A DNA stretch of 11,083 bases from a bacterium (GCA_041497675.1 JBGQGY010000119.1:1-11083), one strand, 5' to 3'; positions 1 through 7,445 are shown, numbered from the stretch's first letter. A program made the numbers and translations. Notes: generated by a model not told the origin, from the letters alone.

Positions 1-14
1 CGCGGTGACCAACG

Positions 15-908
15 CTAGGCGGGCAGCGACTCTTCCCGGACGATCCGCATGATCACCTGCCACTCATTGTATCCCGAGGTCGTAGGCGCGGTGCCCGCCT
101 GGCCGCGCGCCCAGATGACTCTTCGCTTGAGCGCCTCGCCCGCCGGAAAATCCACGCTGCCGGGCGGCGAGCACAGATCGATGATCAGCGCGTCGGGCTT
201 GGTGCGCTCGAGGATCTCGCGCGTGAGGACCAGCCCCGACGCGGAGCTCACCACGAGCGGAAACTCGCCGATGCGGTCACGGAGGTCGTTCAGGTGCATC
301 GTCCGGAGCCCCATCGCCCACGCCCGCGCGAGCTGCGAGGGGTTCCGCGCGCACAGCGTGACGTCAGCGTCCACGGCCTTGAAAATCTGCGCGACGCTCA
401 TCCCCACGCGCCCCATGCCGATACACAGCGTCGAGAGCCCGAGGATCGTGGTCTCCGTGTGCTCGATGGCGACCTTGAGGGCCCCCTCTGCCGTCGGGAC
501 CGCGTGCAGGATGGCCAGCGCGTCGTCGTCACCGAACCCGATCGCGCGGACTTTCCCCTCGGCGTTCTTCATGATCCCCGCGCTCGCACGGCCAAACACC
601 AGCAACGCGCCGGGCCGGGCGCCGCCGAGCACGTCGCCGGTCAGATACAGTTTGTCGCTCGCAAACGGCGCGTAGAGCGCGTCATCGGCCGCCAGACCCG
701 GAATGGGTCCGACGATCAAATGCGCCCCCTTGACCGCTTCAGCCAGCGATGCCGCCGGCGGGCGGTCCGCCGCCACGTCGGCGCCGGGCGCCCCTCCGTA
801 GGTCTTGACCGTCGCGCCGGCCGCGCGGGCCTGGCGCATGATTTCCAGCATGCGGCGGTCGCCACCAAGCACCGCCACGGTCTTCCCCGTCAACTCTCCG
901 GTCGTCAC
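15..908 (-). CDS. dpsA: Dipicolinate synthase subunit A-like NAD(P)-binding oxidoreductase (SpoVFA/DpsA family)
   Basis: 297 aa, collinear with recalled B. subtilis SpoVFA motifs: N-terminal LTGKTVAVLGGDRRMLE (cf. LTGLKIAVIGGDARQLE), AVPTAEG...AIEHTETTI, Rossmann GMGRVG, ARNPSQLARAWAMG, IIDLCSPPGSVDF (cf. ILDLASRPGGTDF), APTTSG. GTG start overlaps the upstream TGA stop (GTGA, 905-908). Confidence 0.85.
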   Translation of the reverse strand: MTTGELTGKTVAVLGGDRRMLEIMRQARAAGATVKTYGGAPGADVAADRPPAASLAEAVKGAHLIVGPIPGLAADDALYAPFASDKLYLTGDVLGGARPGALLVFGRASAGIMKNAEGKVRAIGFGDDDALAILHAVPTAEGALKVAIEHTETTILGLSTLCIGMGRVGMSVAQIFKAVDADVTLCARNPSQLARAWAMGLRTMHLNDLRDRIGEFPLVVSSASGLVLTREILERTKPDALIIDLCSPPGSVDFPAGEALKRRVIWARGQAGTAPTTSGYNEWQVIMRIVREESLPA

Positions 909-1930
909 GGCAGATATTGATTGGACCAGAGCGTCCCCTCGCCGGTCTCGGCCTTCACCCCGCGGCCGACTGAGTCAAAGACACTCAGATAGCCTTTGAT
1001 ACCGGCCTCGCTGAACTTGCCGTCGGCGCTGATGGCCGGCAAGAGCGCTTCCCACGACGTCTTGAGCACATCGGCAGGTGTGTCCGAGAAGTACTTGGTG
1101 TTGAGGATCTTCAGGGCTTCGTCGGTGTTCTTTCGCATCCACGCGTTCGCCTTGCCCACCGCCCTCAGGTACGCGCGCACGAGACGCGGGTTGTGTCGCG
1201 CAAACGGCTCGGTCACCGACAGCGCCACATAGGTCACGCTGGCGAGTTCGGGGACGTCGCCCGCCGTGTTCTTGATGATGATCCGCCCGACGCCTTCGCG
1301 CTCCAGCGTCTGCGGCAGCGGCGGCGAGAGCATGAACCCATCGATACGGCTGGACTTGAGCGCGGCCCCGAGCGCCGGCACACCGCCGACCTGCACGAGC
1401 TGGGCGTCGCGGTCGGGATTCATCCCGACCCGCGTCATGAAGTAGCGTGGGAAGATGTCGGTGGGCGCGCCCGGACGCGTGATCCCGATGTTCAGACCGC
1501 GGAGCGCCCGGAACCGATCCATGATCGGGGTCTGCCGGGTCACTCGCAGCCGCTCGGCGACATCCGTGCGCATAATGAAATCGAGCGTCACACGGTTGAC
1601 CAGGTTGTAGACCATCATCAGCGAGATGCCCTGGTCTTTCACCTGGGCCGCCTGGAGGGGATCGGTGTCGGAGAAGTGCGCCTGTCCCCCGATCAGCGAG
1701 GCGTTGCCGAGAATGCCGCTGTCGATCTCAACGTACTCGACGTCGAGACCCTCTTCTTTAAAGAACCCCTTCTCGATCGCCAGATAGATCGGCGCCATAT
1801 AGAGCACGCGAAAGCCGGTATGCTTGAGCTTCATCGTCTGGCCTACGCCCGGCGATGGAGTGGTTGCGATCAGGAATCCAACGAGGATCAGGGCGACACA
1901 CGCCGCCCACCACCGACGATGCACACTCAT
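905..1930 (-). CDS. ABC transporter substrate-binding protein, NitT/TauT (SsuA/THI5/NMT1-like) family
   Basis: 341 aa; basic then hydrophobic signal peptide (HRRWWAACVALILVGFLIA); family-typical segments YMAPIYLAIEKGFFKEEGLDVE, LRGLNIGITRPGAPTD, and NPRLVRAYLRAVGKANAW. GGAGG RBS upstream of the ATG. Confidence 0.88.
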   Translation of the reverse strand: MSVHRRWWAACVALILVGFLIATTPSPGVGQTMKLKHTGFRVLYMAPIYLAIEKGFFKEEGLDVEYVEIDSGILGNASLIGGQAHFSDTDPLQAAQVKDQGISLMMVYNLVNRVTLDFIMRTDVAERLRVTRQTPIMDRFRALRGLNIGITRPGAPTDIFPRYFMTRVGMNPDRDAQLVQVGGVPALGAALKSSRIDGFMLSPPLPQTLEREGVGRIIIKNTAGDVPELASVTYVALSVTEPFARHNPRLVRAYLRAVGKANAWMRKNTDEALKILNTKYFSDTPADVLKTSWEALLPAISADGKFSEAGIKGYLSVFDSVGRGVKAETGEGTLWSNQYLP

Positions 1931-1954
1931 CCTGCTTCCCTCCAGACGCGCATG

Positions 1955-1984
1955 AAGATATGTGATTCACTATTCTGCATTCAA
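1955..1984 (-). promoter_or_regulatory. Putative sigma70-type promoter for the NitT/TauT SBP-dpsA operon, overlapped by a candidate operator
   Basis: AT-rich island in GC-rich DNA. Minus strand reads TTGAAT (1984-1979), 18 nt spacer, TATCTT (1960-1955). ATTC recurs at 1965, 1972 and 1979 (7-bp period), and GTGA-T-TCAC (1962-1970) is a palindrome. Confidence 0.6.
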
Positions 1985-2003
1985 TACGAGACAGGGTGCT
2001 CCT

Positions 2004-3560
2004 CTAGCGGCGGTCGAGCCAGACGTTCCAGTAGGAGGGACCGGGGACGCCCGTGAAGCCTTTGACTTCCTCGCGCAGCGCGTGCAGCCAGTACCAGTCG
2101 CCGATCTTAACCGTCGCCGCGTCCTCATAGAACTGCCGCTGCGCGCGCTTCCAGATCTCGAGGCGGACTTTCGGGTCAGTATGGCGCGTGAGCAGTTTCA
2201 AGTGCGCGTCCATCTCGCGGCTCTCGTACCAGCCGGGAAACGAGGGCAGCAGCACGAGCAGATTCGTCGGGTCGGGCACGAAGCTGAACCCGGTGGTGAA
2301 CACGTCGTAGAGGTCGGGTCGCGCGCGCCGCGTGCCGACGGTCGCCGTGTCGGATACCTGCAGATCGATCACGAAGCCCGCGCGTTCGAGTTGCGCCTTG
2401 GCAATACTCGTCGCGGTGAGGTGCGGCACGAACTCGCTCGACACCAGCCACCGAATCGGTTGCCCGCGATATCCCGCCTCCGCCAGCAGCTGCCGGGCCC
2501 GGTCAGGATTCTTCTGATTGTAGAACTCCTTGCCGGCGTCGTTCCAGAGCGGATGCTCCTTGGGCATCATCCCCGGGTCGACGCGCCAAAATTGGCGCGG
2601 GCCGAACGTGCCGCGCAGGATGGCTTCCATGTCGAGCGCGATCTGCACGGCCCGCCGCATCCGCAGATCGGTCATCACACCCTGGCGCTTGTTGAAGATG
2701 AATCCCTGCCAGGCCGGCACCGGGATCACGAACGGGATGACGCCCCGGAGACCCTGCAGCCGCGCAAACTCATCGTGGGGTACCGTGTCGGCGAACTGGT
2801 ACTCTCCTCGCGTGACCCCGGCCACACGCACCGCGGGGTCGGGCAGTGAGAGGAAGAAGATCGAGTCAATGTAGGCCTCACGCCGGCCCGCGAACCCGCT
2901 TGGGGCCTCGTCAACCGGTTTGTATTGATCGAACCGGTCGAGGCGGACGTGCCGGTCGGGCAGGTACTCGCCGAACTTGTACGGCCCGGTGCCGATGAAG
3001 CGGCGGATCTGACCGGTGCCGGCCTCGTCGACGACTTCCTTCGGATAGATGACGGCGCCCTGACCCGGGAAACCCAGGTTGAGGAGCGTCAGCGCGTTGG
3101 GGTCGCGCATGCGCAGTTCCACCGTGGAGCGATCTATCGCGGTCAGCGACTGCACGTCGCGGAACAACTCGCGGCCACGCGCCGCGATACGCCCCCACCG
3201 CGTCAGCGACGCGATGACGTCGTCGGCCACCAGCTCCTTGCCGTTGTGGAACTGCACGCCCTTGCGGAGATAGAACGTGTACAACAGCCGGTTGGGACTC
3301 ATCGTCCAGCGTTCGACCAACAGCGGCCGCGGTTCATACGCGGCGTTGAGCGCGAAGAGCCCCTCGTACATGTGGACGCCAATGTCGCGCGTGATGGTGA
3401 CCGACGTCCAGTGGAGGTCGAGGCTCGGCGGATCACCGGTGTGGGCGTGCCGGATCACCCCGCCGCGTTGTGGTTGGGCGGGAGCAGACAGCAATGGGGC
3501 GGGGGCGAAGGCCAGCGCCAGCACCCCGATGACTACGCCGATGTGCCAGAGACGCGGCAT
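2004..3560 (-). CDS. ABC transporter substrate-binding protein, family 5 (peptide/opine/nickel, DppA-like)
   Basis: Signal peptide, PQRGGVIRHAHTGDPPSLD, LRKGVQFHNG, DVIASLTRW, IGTGPYKF, LLAEAGY and C-terminal WNVWLD. The GAGGT RBS overlaps the vapC stop; ATG at 3560 gives better spacing than GTG at 3563. Confidence 0.92.
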   Translation of the reverse strand: MPRLWHIGVVIGVLALAFAPAPLLSAPAQPQRGGVIRHAHTGDPPSLDLHWTSVTITRDIGVHMYEGLFALNAAYEPRPLLVERWTMSPNRLLYTFYLRKGVQFHNGKELVADDVIASLTRWGRIAARGRELFRDVQSLTAIDRSTVELRMRDPNALTLLNLGFPGQGAVIYPKEVVDEAGTGQIRRFIGTGPYKFGEYLPDRHVRLDRFDQYKPVDEAPSGFAGRREAYIDSIFFLSLPDPAVRVAGVTRGEYQFADTVPHDEFARLQGLRGVIPFVIPVPAWQGFIFNKRQGVMTDLRMRRAVQIALDMEAILRGTFGPRQFWRVDPGMMPKEHPLWNDAGKEFYNQKNPDRARQLLAEAGYRGQPIRWLVSSEFVPHLTATSIAKAQLERAGFVIDLQVSDTATVGTRRARPDLYDVFTTGFSFVPDPTNLLVLLPSFPGWYESREMDAHLKLLTRHTDPKVRLEIWKRAQRQFYEDAATVKIGDWYWLHALREEVKGFTGVPGPSYWNVWLDRR

Positions 3561-3569
3561 CACGCTACC

Positions 3570-4049
3570 TCATTCGCTGGATTCTGCGAACCAACCTGTC
3601 ACCGCCCGCGCCGACCCGAGGCGTCGGAGCCCGGGGATGCTGTCGAACCCGGCATCGAAGCTGACGATCGCCTTGTATCCTACCTCATCGGCCGCAACCC
3701 GTAGAAGCGCATCGTGAAAGCTCACGCCGCCCGTGGTTTCTTCCATGACCGCCACGCACTGAGCGAACCACCGGGGCACGTGAGGATAGAGCCAGGTGAT
3801 CGCCGTCTCAGGGATCGTCTCAACCAACAGCTTGACGTGGGCGGCAAACGCCCCGCGGTCGTTGCGCTCACGACACCGGCGGGCGTAGACGGTGAGGACC
3901 TCGTTCACGACGCAGTCGGGCGTCAGGGTGAGGGCGCCGCGGTCTCGAAGCGCGCCGTACATGGCGCGGGCCTCACCGTGCAGCGCGTCACGCCGGTCGA
4001 ACAACGCCACCAGATAGCTGGCGTCGAGGCAAATCGGCTCAGCCGTCAT
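3570..4049 (-). CDS. vapC: PIN-domain ribonuclease, type II toxin (VapC family)
   Basis: Likely start is ATG at 4049 (MTAEPICLDASYLVALFDRRDALH, 159 aa). The PIN acidic residues are present in LDAS, VVNEV, SFHDALL and SFDAGFD. Overlaps the antitoxin stop by 11 nt. Confidence 0.88.
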   Translation of the reverse strand: MTAEPICLDASYLVALFDRRDALHGEARAMYGALRDRGALTLTPDCVVNEVLTVYARRCRERNDRGAFAAHVKLLVETIPETAITWLYPHVPRWFAQCVAVMEETTGGVSFHDALLRVAADEVGYKAIVSFDAGFDSIPGLRRLGSARAVTGWFAESSE

Positions 4050-4287
4050 CTCGTTCCGTGTCGGCCAGCGCGTCGCCGCCGAGGTCAAACGCGCCGACCA
4101 ACCCCTCGAGCCTACGTACGTCGACCGGAACGGCGACGGCCCGGGGCTGGGCGGCCGGCTCCAGCACAATCCTGCGGCCCTGGACCGCGATCCTGAGGAG
4201 GTCTCCCTCCTTGAGGGTGAGTTCGTCTCGGACGGACGCGGGCAGGGTGATCTGACCCTTGTGCTTCAGACGCACAAAAGCCTCCAT
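4039..4287 (-). CDS. AbrB/MazE/SpoVT-family antitoxin (VapB-like)
   Basis: 82 aa; swapped-hairpin motif KGQITLPASVRDELTLKEGDLL...GRRIVLEP; acidic C-terminal tail; AGGAG RBS 7 nt before the ATG; directly upstream of the PIN gene. Confidence 0.9.
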   Translation of the reverse strand: MEAFVRLKHKGQITLPASVRDELTLKEGDLLRIAVQGRRIVLEPAAQPRAVAVPVDVRRLEGLVGAFDLGGDALADTERDDG

Positions 4288-4298
4288 GAGAGGGCTCC

Positions 4299-4325
4299 TA
4301 GTAGGAAAGTATGACTTTCCTACTA
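4299..4325. promoter_or_regulatory. Perfect inverted repeat, probable TA autoregulatory operator
   Basis: TAGTAGGAAAGT-ATG-ACTTTCCTACTA (12-bp arms, 3-bp spacer), lying between the candidate -10 box and the antitoxin RBS. Confidence 0.75.
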
Positions 4326-4333
4326 TCCTATCA
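4325..4333 (-). promoter_or_regulatory. Candidate extended -10 promoter for the vapBC operon
   Basis: Minus strand TG-A-TAGGAT fits the TGnTAnnnT pattern and abuts the inverted repeat. No convincing -35. Confidence 0.5.
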
Positions 4334-4355
4334 CATTGCGCCCCCTGTGGAGGTG

Positions 4356-4377
4356 ATCGGCCGGACGCGGCCGGTTT
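4356..4377. terminator. GC-rich hairpin just downstream of the amidohydrolase stop (weak terminator or stabiliser)
   Basis: CGGCCG-GACG-CGGCCG (4358-4373). The T-run follows on the + strand only, so it is not a canonical terminator for the minus-strand transcript. Confidence 0.3.
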
Positions 4378-5664
4378 TCAGCTTCTCGCGGCGCCCACCG
4401 GCACGCCGACCGGTCGCCGATCCGCCACGATCTTCCCGTCCTTGATCACCAGCGGGATGCGCTTCAGATCCTGCAAAATCTTCACGTCCTCGAGCGGGTC
4501 GCCGTCGACACAGACCAGGTCCGCGAACTTCCCGCGCGCCACCACGCCGACGTCCTTGAAGTCGATCGCGTCCGCCGCGCCACCGGTGGCCGAGACGATC
4601 GCCTCCATCGGCGTCAGACCCGCCTCGACCAGCATCTCGAGCTCGTAGGCGCCCTGCCCGTGATAGACGTACGGCATCGCGGCATCGGTGCCGCAGATGA
4701 TCTTCACGCCGCGCTCGCGCGCGCGGCCCGCCGTCTTCCACGCGTTGGAAATCGCCTTCTCACGCCAGACCGGCAGGTTCGGGTCGCCCGGCGGCAAAGC
4801 CGCGTCGCCGTGCTCGCGGAATCGCCCGACGACCGAGAGGGTGGGACAAAGCACCGTGCCGCGTTTCGCCATCTCGTCGAGCTGTTCATCGGAGAGGTAG
4901 AACCCGTGCTCGACGCCGTCGATGCCCTCTTCAATTGCCCATGTCGCGCCCGGACCGCCGTAGCAGTGCGCGGTCACGCGGCGGCCGTGCCAGTGGGCCT
5001 CTTCGAAGATCGCGTGCATCGTCTCGCGCGTCATCTCCGGTGCGCAGTAGCCGAAGTAGCGGCGGACGTGCTCGGTGAGCGTCGCGTTGATTTTGATGAA
5101 GTCGACGTTGTTCCTCAAATTCAGCCGCACGGCCTTGCGCCCTTCCGTCGGATCGTCGGCCACCGCCGACGGTCCCGGCAGGCTCAGGTGCGGGGCGAGA
5201 TACTTCTCGCGGTCCATGTGCCCAGCGGTCGAGGTGATGCCGAGCCCGCAGGCCCAGATGCGCGGCCCAACCACGTCGCCCCGGTTGATCGCATCGCGTA
5301 GCGCCACGTCGGCGTAGTAGCGGCAGGCGGCATCACGCACGGTTGTCCAGCCGGCCTCGAGGTCGCGCGTCGCATTCTTGAAGCAGGCGAGCGTCGTCGC
5401 GGGGATGGACTGCGCGAGCTCGGCGACACCAAACGCGCCGTCGCGGGGACTGCCGCTCCCAACGAGGTGCACGTGACAGTCGATCAACCCAGGCAGCACG
5501 GTCTGGCGCGAGGCGTCGATGACATCGTAGCCTGCGGGGACCGCGGTCTCGCCCTCGGGCGCGACGACGTCGACCCGGTTCTTCTCGATCAGGATCACGA
5601 CGTTGCGGCGCGGCGGCTGACCGGTTCCGTCGATGAGCCGGCCGGCTCGAATGGCAAGCGGCAT
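4378..5664 (-). CDS. Metal-dependent amidohydrolase (Xaa-Pro dipeptidase/imidazolonepropionase-like subgroup)
   Basis: Start at ATG 5664 (MPLAIRAGRLIDGTG) with a GGGAGG RBS, 428 aa. Motifs: TVLPGLIDCHVH (HxH), GWTTVRD, DFIK (candidate carboxylated Lys), VTAH, VEHG, GTDA (catalytic Asp), and GKFADLVCVDGDPLED. Confidence 0.92.
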   Translation of the reverse strand: MPLAIRAGRLIDGTGQPPRRNVVILIEKNRVDVVAPEGETAVPAGYDVIDASRQTVLPGLIDCHVHLVGSGSPRDGAFGVAELAQSIPATTLACFKNATRDLEAGWTTVRDAACRYYADVALRDAINRGDVVGPRIWACGLGITSTAGHMDREKYLAPHLSLPGPSAVADDPTEGRKAVRLNLRNNVDFIKINATLTEHVRRYFGYCAPEMTRETMHAIFEEAHWHGRRVTAHCYGGPGATWAIEEGIDGVEHGFYLSDEQLDEMAKRGTVLCPTLSVVGRFREHGDAALPPGDPNLPVWREKAISNAWKTAGRARERGVKIICGTDAAMPYVYHGQGAYELEMLVEAGLTPMEAIVSATGGAADAIDFKDVGVVARGKFADLVCVDGDPLEDVKILQDLKRIPLVIKDGKIVADRRPVGVPVGAARS

Positions 5665-5733
5665 GGTGGCCCTCCCTATAGACTGGAATCGCGGGTGCAG
5701 AAGATTCAGTTCGCGCTTGTGATAGCGAGTCCT

Positions 5734-5777
5734 GTGGTCAGAGGAAAGTGGCCACCGTGTCAGAATGCCGGTATCAT
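5734..5777 (+). promoter_or_regulatory. Candidate promoter and operator for the + strand ABC operon
   Basis: TGGCCA (5749-5754), 17 nt, TATCAT (5772-5777). The imperfect inverted repeat GTGGTCA-N8-TGGCCAC (5734-5755) overlaps the -35. Confidence 0.35.
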
Positions 5778-5814
5778 CGCTCACCGATCGTGCCACACCC
5801 CGGAGGTTGAGCCC

Positions 5815-7428
5815 TTGGGACGCCATCGCGGGCACATCAGCCTGCTCGCGCTCGTGTTTGTGCTTGCGCTCTCGCTCGGCGTGTTCGGAGCGTCGTCATC
5901 GCCCCGCGACGCCGGCCGCTACGGCGGCGACCGTTACGGCGGCGTCCTACGCGTCGCTATCAACGCCGAGCCGCCCGGGTTCGATCTCCAGATCCACACC
6001 GCGCAGATCGCCTTCACCATCGGCCAGCACGTGTTTGAGACGCTGTTCACGCTGAACGCGCGCAAGCAGTTCGTGCCGTTCTTGCTGGATTCGTACACCG
6101 TCGACGCGGACAGCCGGACGTTCACCTTCAAGGTCCGCGCCGGGGTGCGGTTCCACACCGGCGCCGAGATGACGTCGGCCGACGTGCTGGCGTCGCTCCA
6201 GCGCTGGCAGCGCGTCAGCGGCCGCGGGCGCCAGCTCCTCGCGAACCTGACGGGCGCCACCGCGCCCGATGCGACGACCGTCACGCTCGTGTTCTCGCAG
6301 CCCAACGGCGCGTTGATCAGCGCGCTGGCGATCCCCACGCAGGGGATGGTCGTCCTGCCCAGGGAGATCATCGATCGCAACCGCGGCGCCGACGGGAGAG
6401 ACCGCGAGCTCAAAGGGGCCGATCTGATCGGCACCGGTCCGTACCGCCTCGCGGAGTGGCTGCCGGACCGCTACACGCGGCTCGTGCGGTTCCGCGAGTA
6501 CACGCACCGGAACGATCCCGCAAACGGGATGGCCGGGAACCGCTCCGCCTACGCGGACGAAATTCGATTCATCCCCGTGCCGGATAACCTCACCCGCCTG
6601 GCCGGATTGATCTCGGGTGAATACGATCTCGCCAACCCGCTGGTGCCCGACATGTACGACCGCGTGCAGCGGACGCCGGCCCTTGTCGGACAGGTCGTGG
6701 GGCCTGGCGGCGGCGTGGTCGCCGTGTTCAACAAACGGCGAGGCCCCTTCGTCGACGTCCGCATGCGCCAGGCCGCCTGGTACGCGACCGATCCGAAACA
6801 AGTGATGATGGCCGTCAGCGAGAACAACGTCTTCTATCGCCTGACGCCCGCGCTGGCCGGCACGGAATGGGGCGTGTGGAACTTCCCCAACGTGGGGAGC
6901 GACGTCTACGGTCACGGCCGTGATCCCGAGCGGGCGCAGGCCCTGATGCGCGAGGCCGGATATCGCGGCGAGCCGATCAGGTGGATCACGACGCGCGACT
7001 TCGCCTACATGGACCGCTCATCGCAGATCGCCGCCGAGCAGATGAAGCGCGCCGGGCTCAATGTCGAGCTCGTCGTGTCGGATTGGGCGACCGTGATTGC
7101 CGACCGCAACCGGCCCGAGCGCTACGAGATCTTCAGCACCGGCATCTCGTTCCTCGGCGACCCCACCGCGACCGCGGCGTTCACGCCGACCTGGCCGGGA
7201 TGGTATGAGTCATCCCGCAACACCTCCAACTATCAATCGCTCGTCCAGGAAACGAACGCGCAGCGCCGCCGTGAGCTCGCGCGCGAGCAGCAGCGGATCT
7301 TCTGGGACGAGATCCCCTACATGCAGTGGGGCGAGTTGCTTCAGTTCCGGGCGCACCGGCGGGCCGTGCAGAATGTGCCCACCGACAACCTGTACGTGCT
7401 CTGGAACGCCTGGCTGGACAAGCGGTAG
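5815..7428 (+). CDS. ABC transporter substrate-binding protein, family 5 (DppA-like)
   Basis: GGAGGT RBS (5802-5807) 7 nt before an in-frame TTG at 5815, giving the signal peptide MGRHRGHISLLALVFVLALSLG. Motifs YGGVLRVAINAEPPGFD, VRFHTG, IGTGPY, EAGY and WNAWLD; 537 aa. Confidence 0.9.
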   Translation: MGRHRGHISLLALVFVLALSLGVFGASSSPRDAGRYGGDRYGGVLRVAINAEPPGFDLQIHTAQIAFTIGQHVFETLFTLNARKQFVPFLLDSYTVDADSRTFTFKVRAGVRFHTGAEMTSADVLASLQRWQRVSGRGRQLLANLTGATAPDATTVTLVFSQPNGALISALAIPTQGMVVLPREIIDRNRGADGRDRELKGADLIGTGPYRLAEWLPDRYTRLVRFREYTHRNDPANGMAGNRSAYADEIRFIPVPDNLTRLAGLISGEYDLANPLVPDMYDRVQRTPALVGQVVGPGGGVVAVFNKRRGPFVDVRMRQAAWYATDPKQVMMAVSENNVFYRLTPALAGTEWGVWNFPNVGSDVYGHGRDPERAQALMREAGYRGEPIRWITTRDFAYMDRSSQIAAEQMKRAGLNVELVVSDWATVIADRNRPERYEIFSTGISFLGDPTATAAFTPTWPGWYESSRNTSNYQSLVQETNAQRRRELAREQQRIFWDEIPYMQWGELLQFRAHRRAVQNVPTDNLYVLWNAWLDKR

Positions 7429-7445
7429 CGGCGCGCGGGCGCGTC

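Noticed and set aside
15..908. Treating the dpsA-like gene as evidence that the organism sporulates
   Set aside because: No other sporulation gene is in view, the context is a transporter operon, and several motifs are divergent.
4050..4169. First 40 aa of the 199-aa PIN ORF
   Set aside because: It lies inside the antitoxin gene. The PIN domain begins at the ATG at 4049.
4299..4325. Palindrome as a CRISPR repeat, IS end or intrinsic terminator
   Set aside because: Single copy, with no spacers, cas or transposase genes and no U-tract. Its position fits an operator.
5467..5814. N-terminal extension of the 653-aa ORF
   Set aside because: It overlaps the amidohydrolase on the opposite strand. 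The RBS and signal peptide point to a TTG start at 5815.
5665..5835. N-terminal extension of the 485-aa amidohydrolase ORF
   Set aside because: The family N-terminus and a GGGAGG RBS indicate a start at 5664.
5916..5945. 15-nt tandem near-duplication encoding RYGGD-RYGGV
   Set aside because: Only two imperfect, in-frame copies in the linker after the signal peptide. Probably neutral slippage, not a functional repeat array.
7326..7445. N-terminal extension of the permease ORF
   Set aside because: It overlaps the SBP C-terminus. The DppB-type N-terminus starts at 7446.
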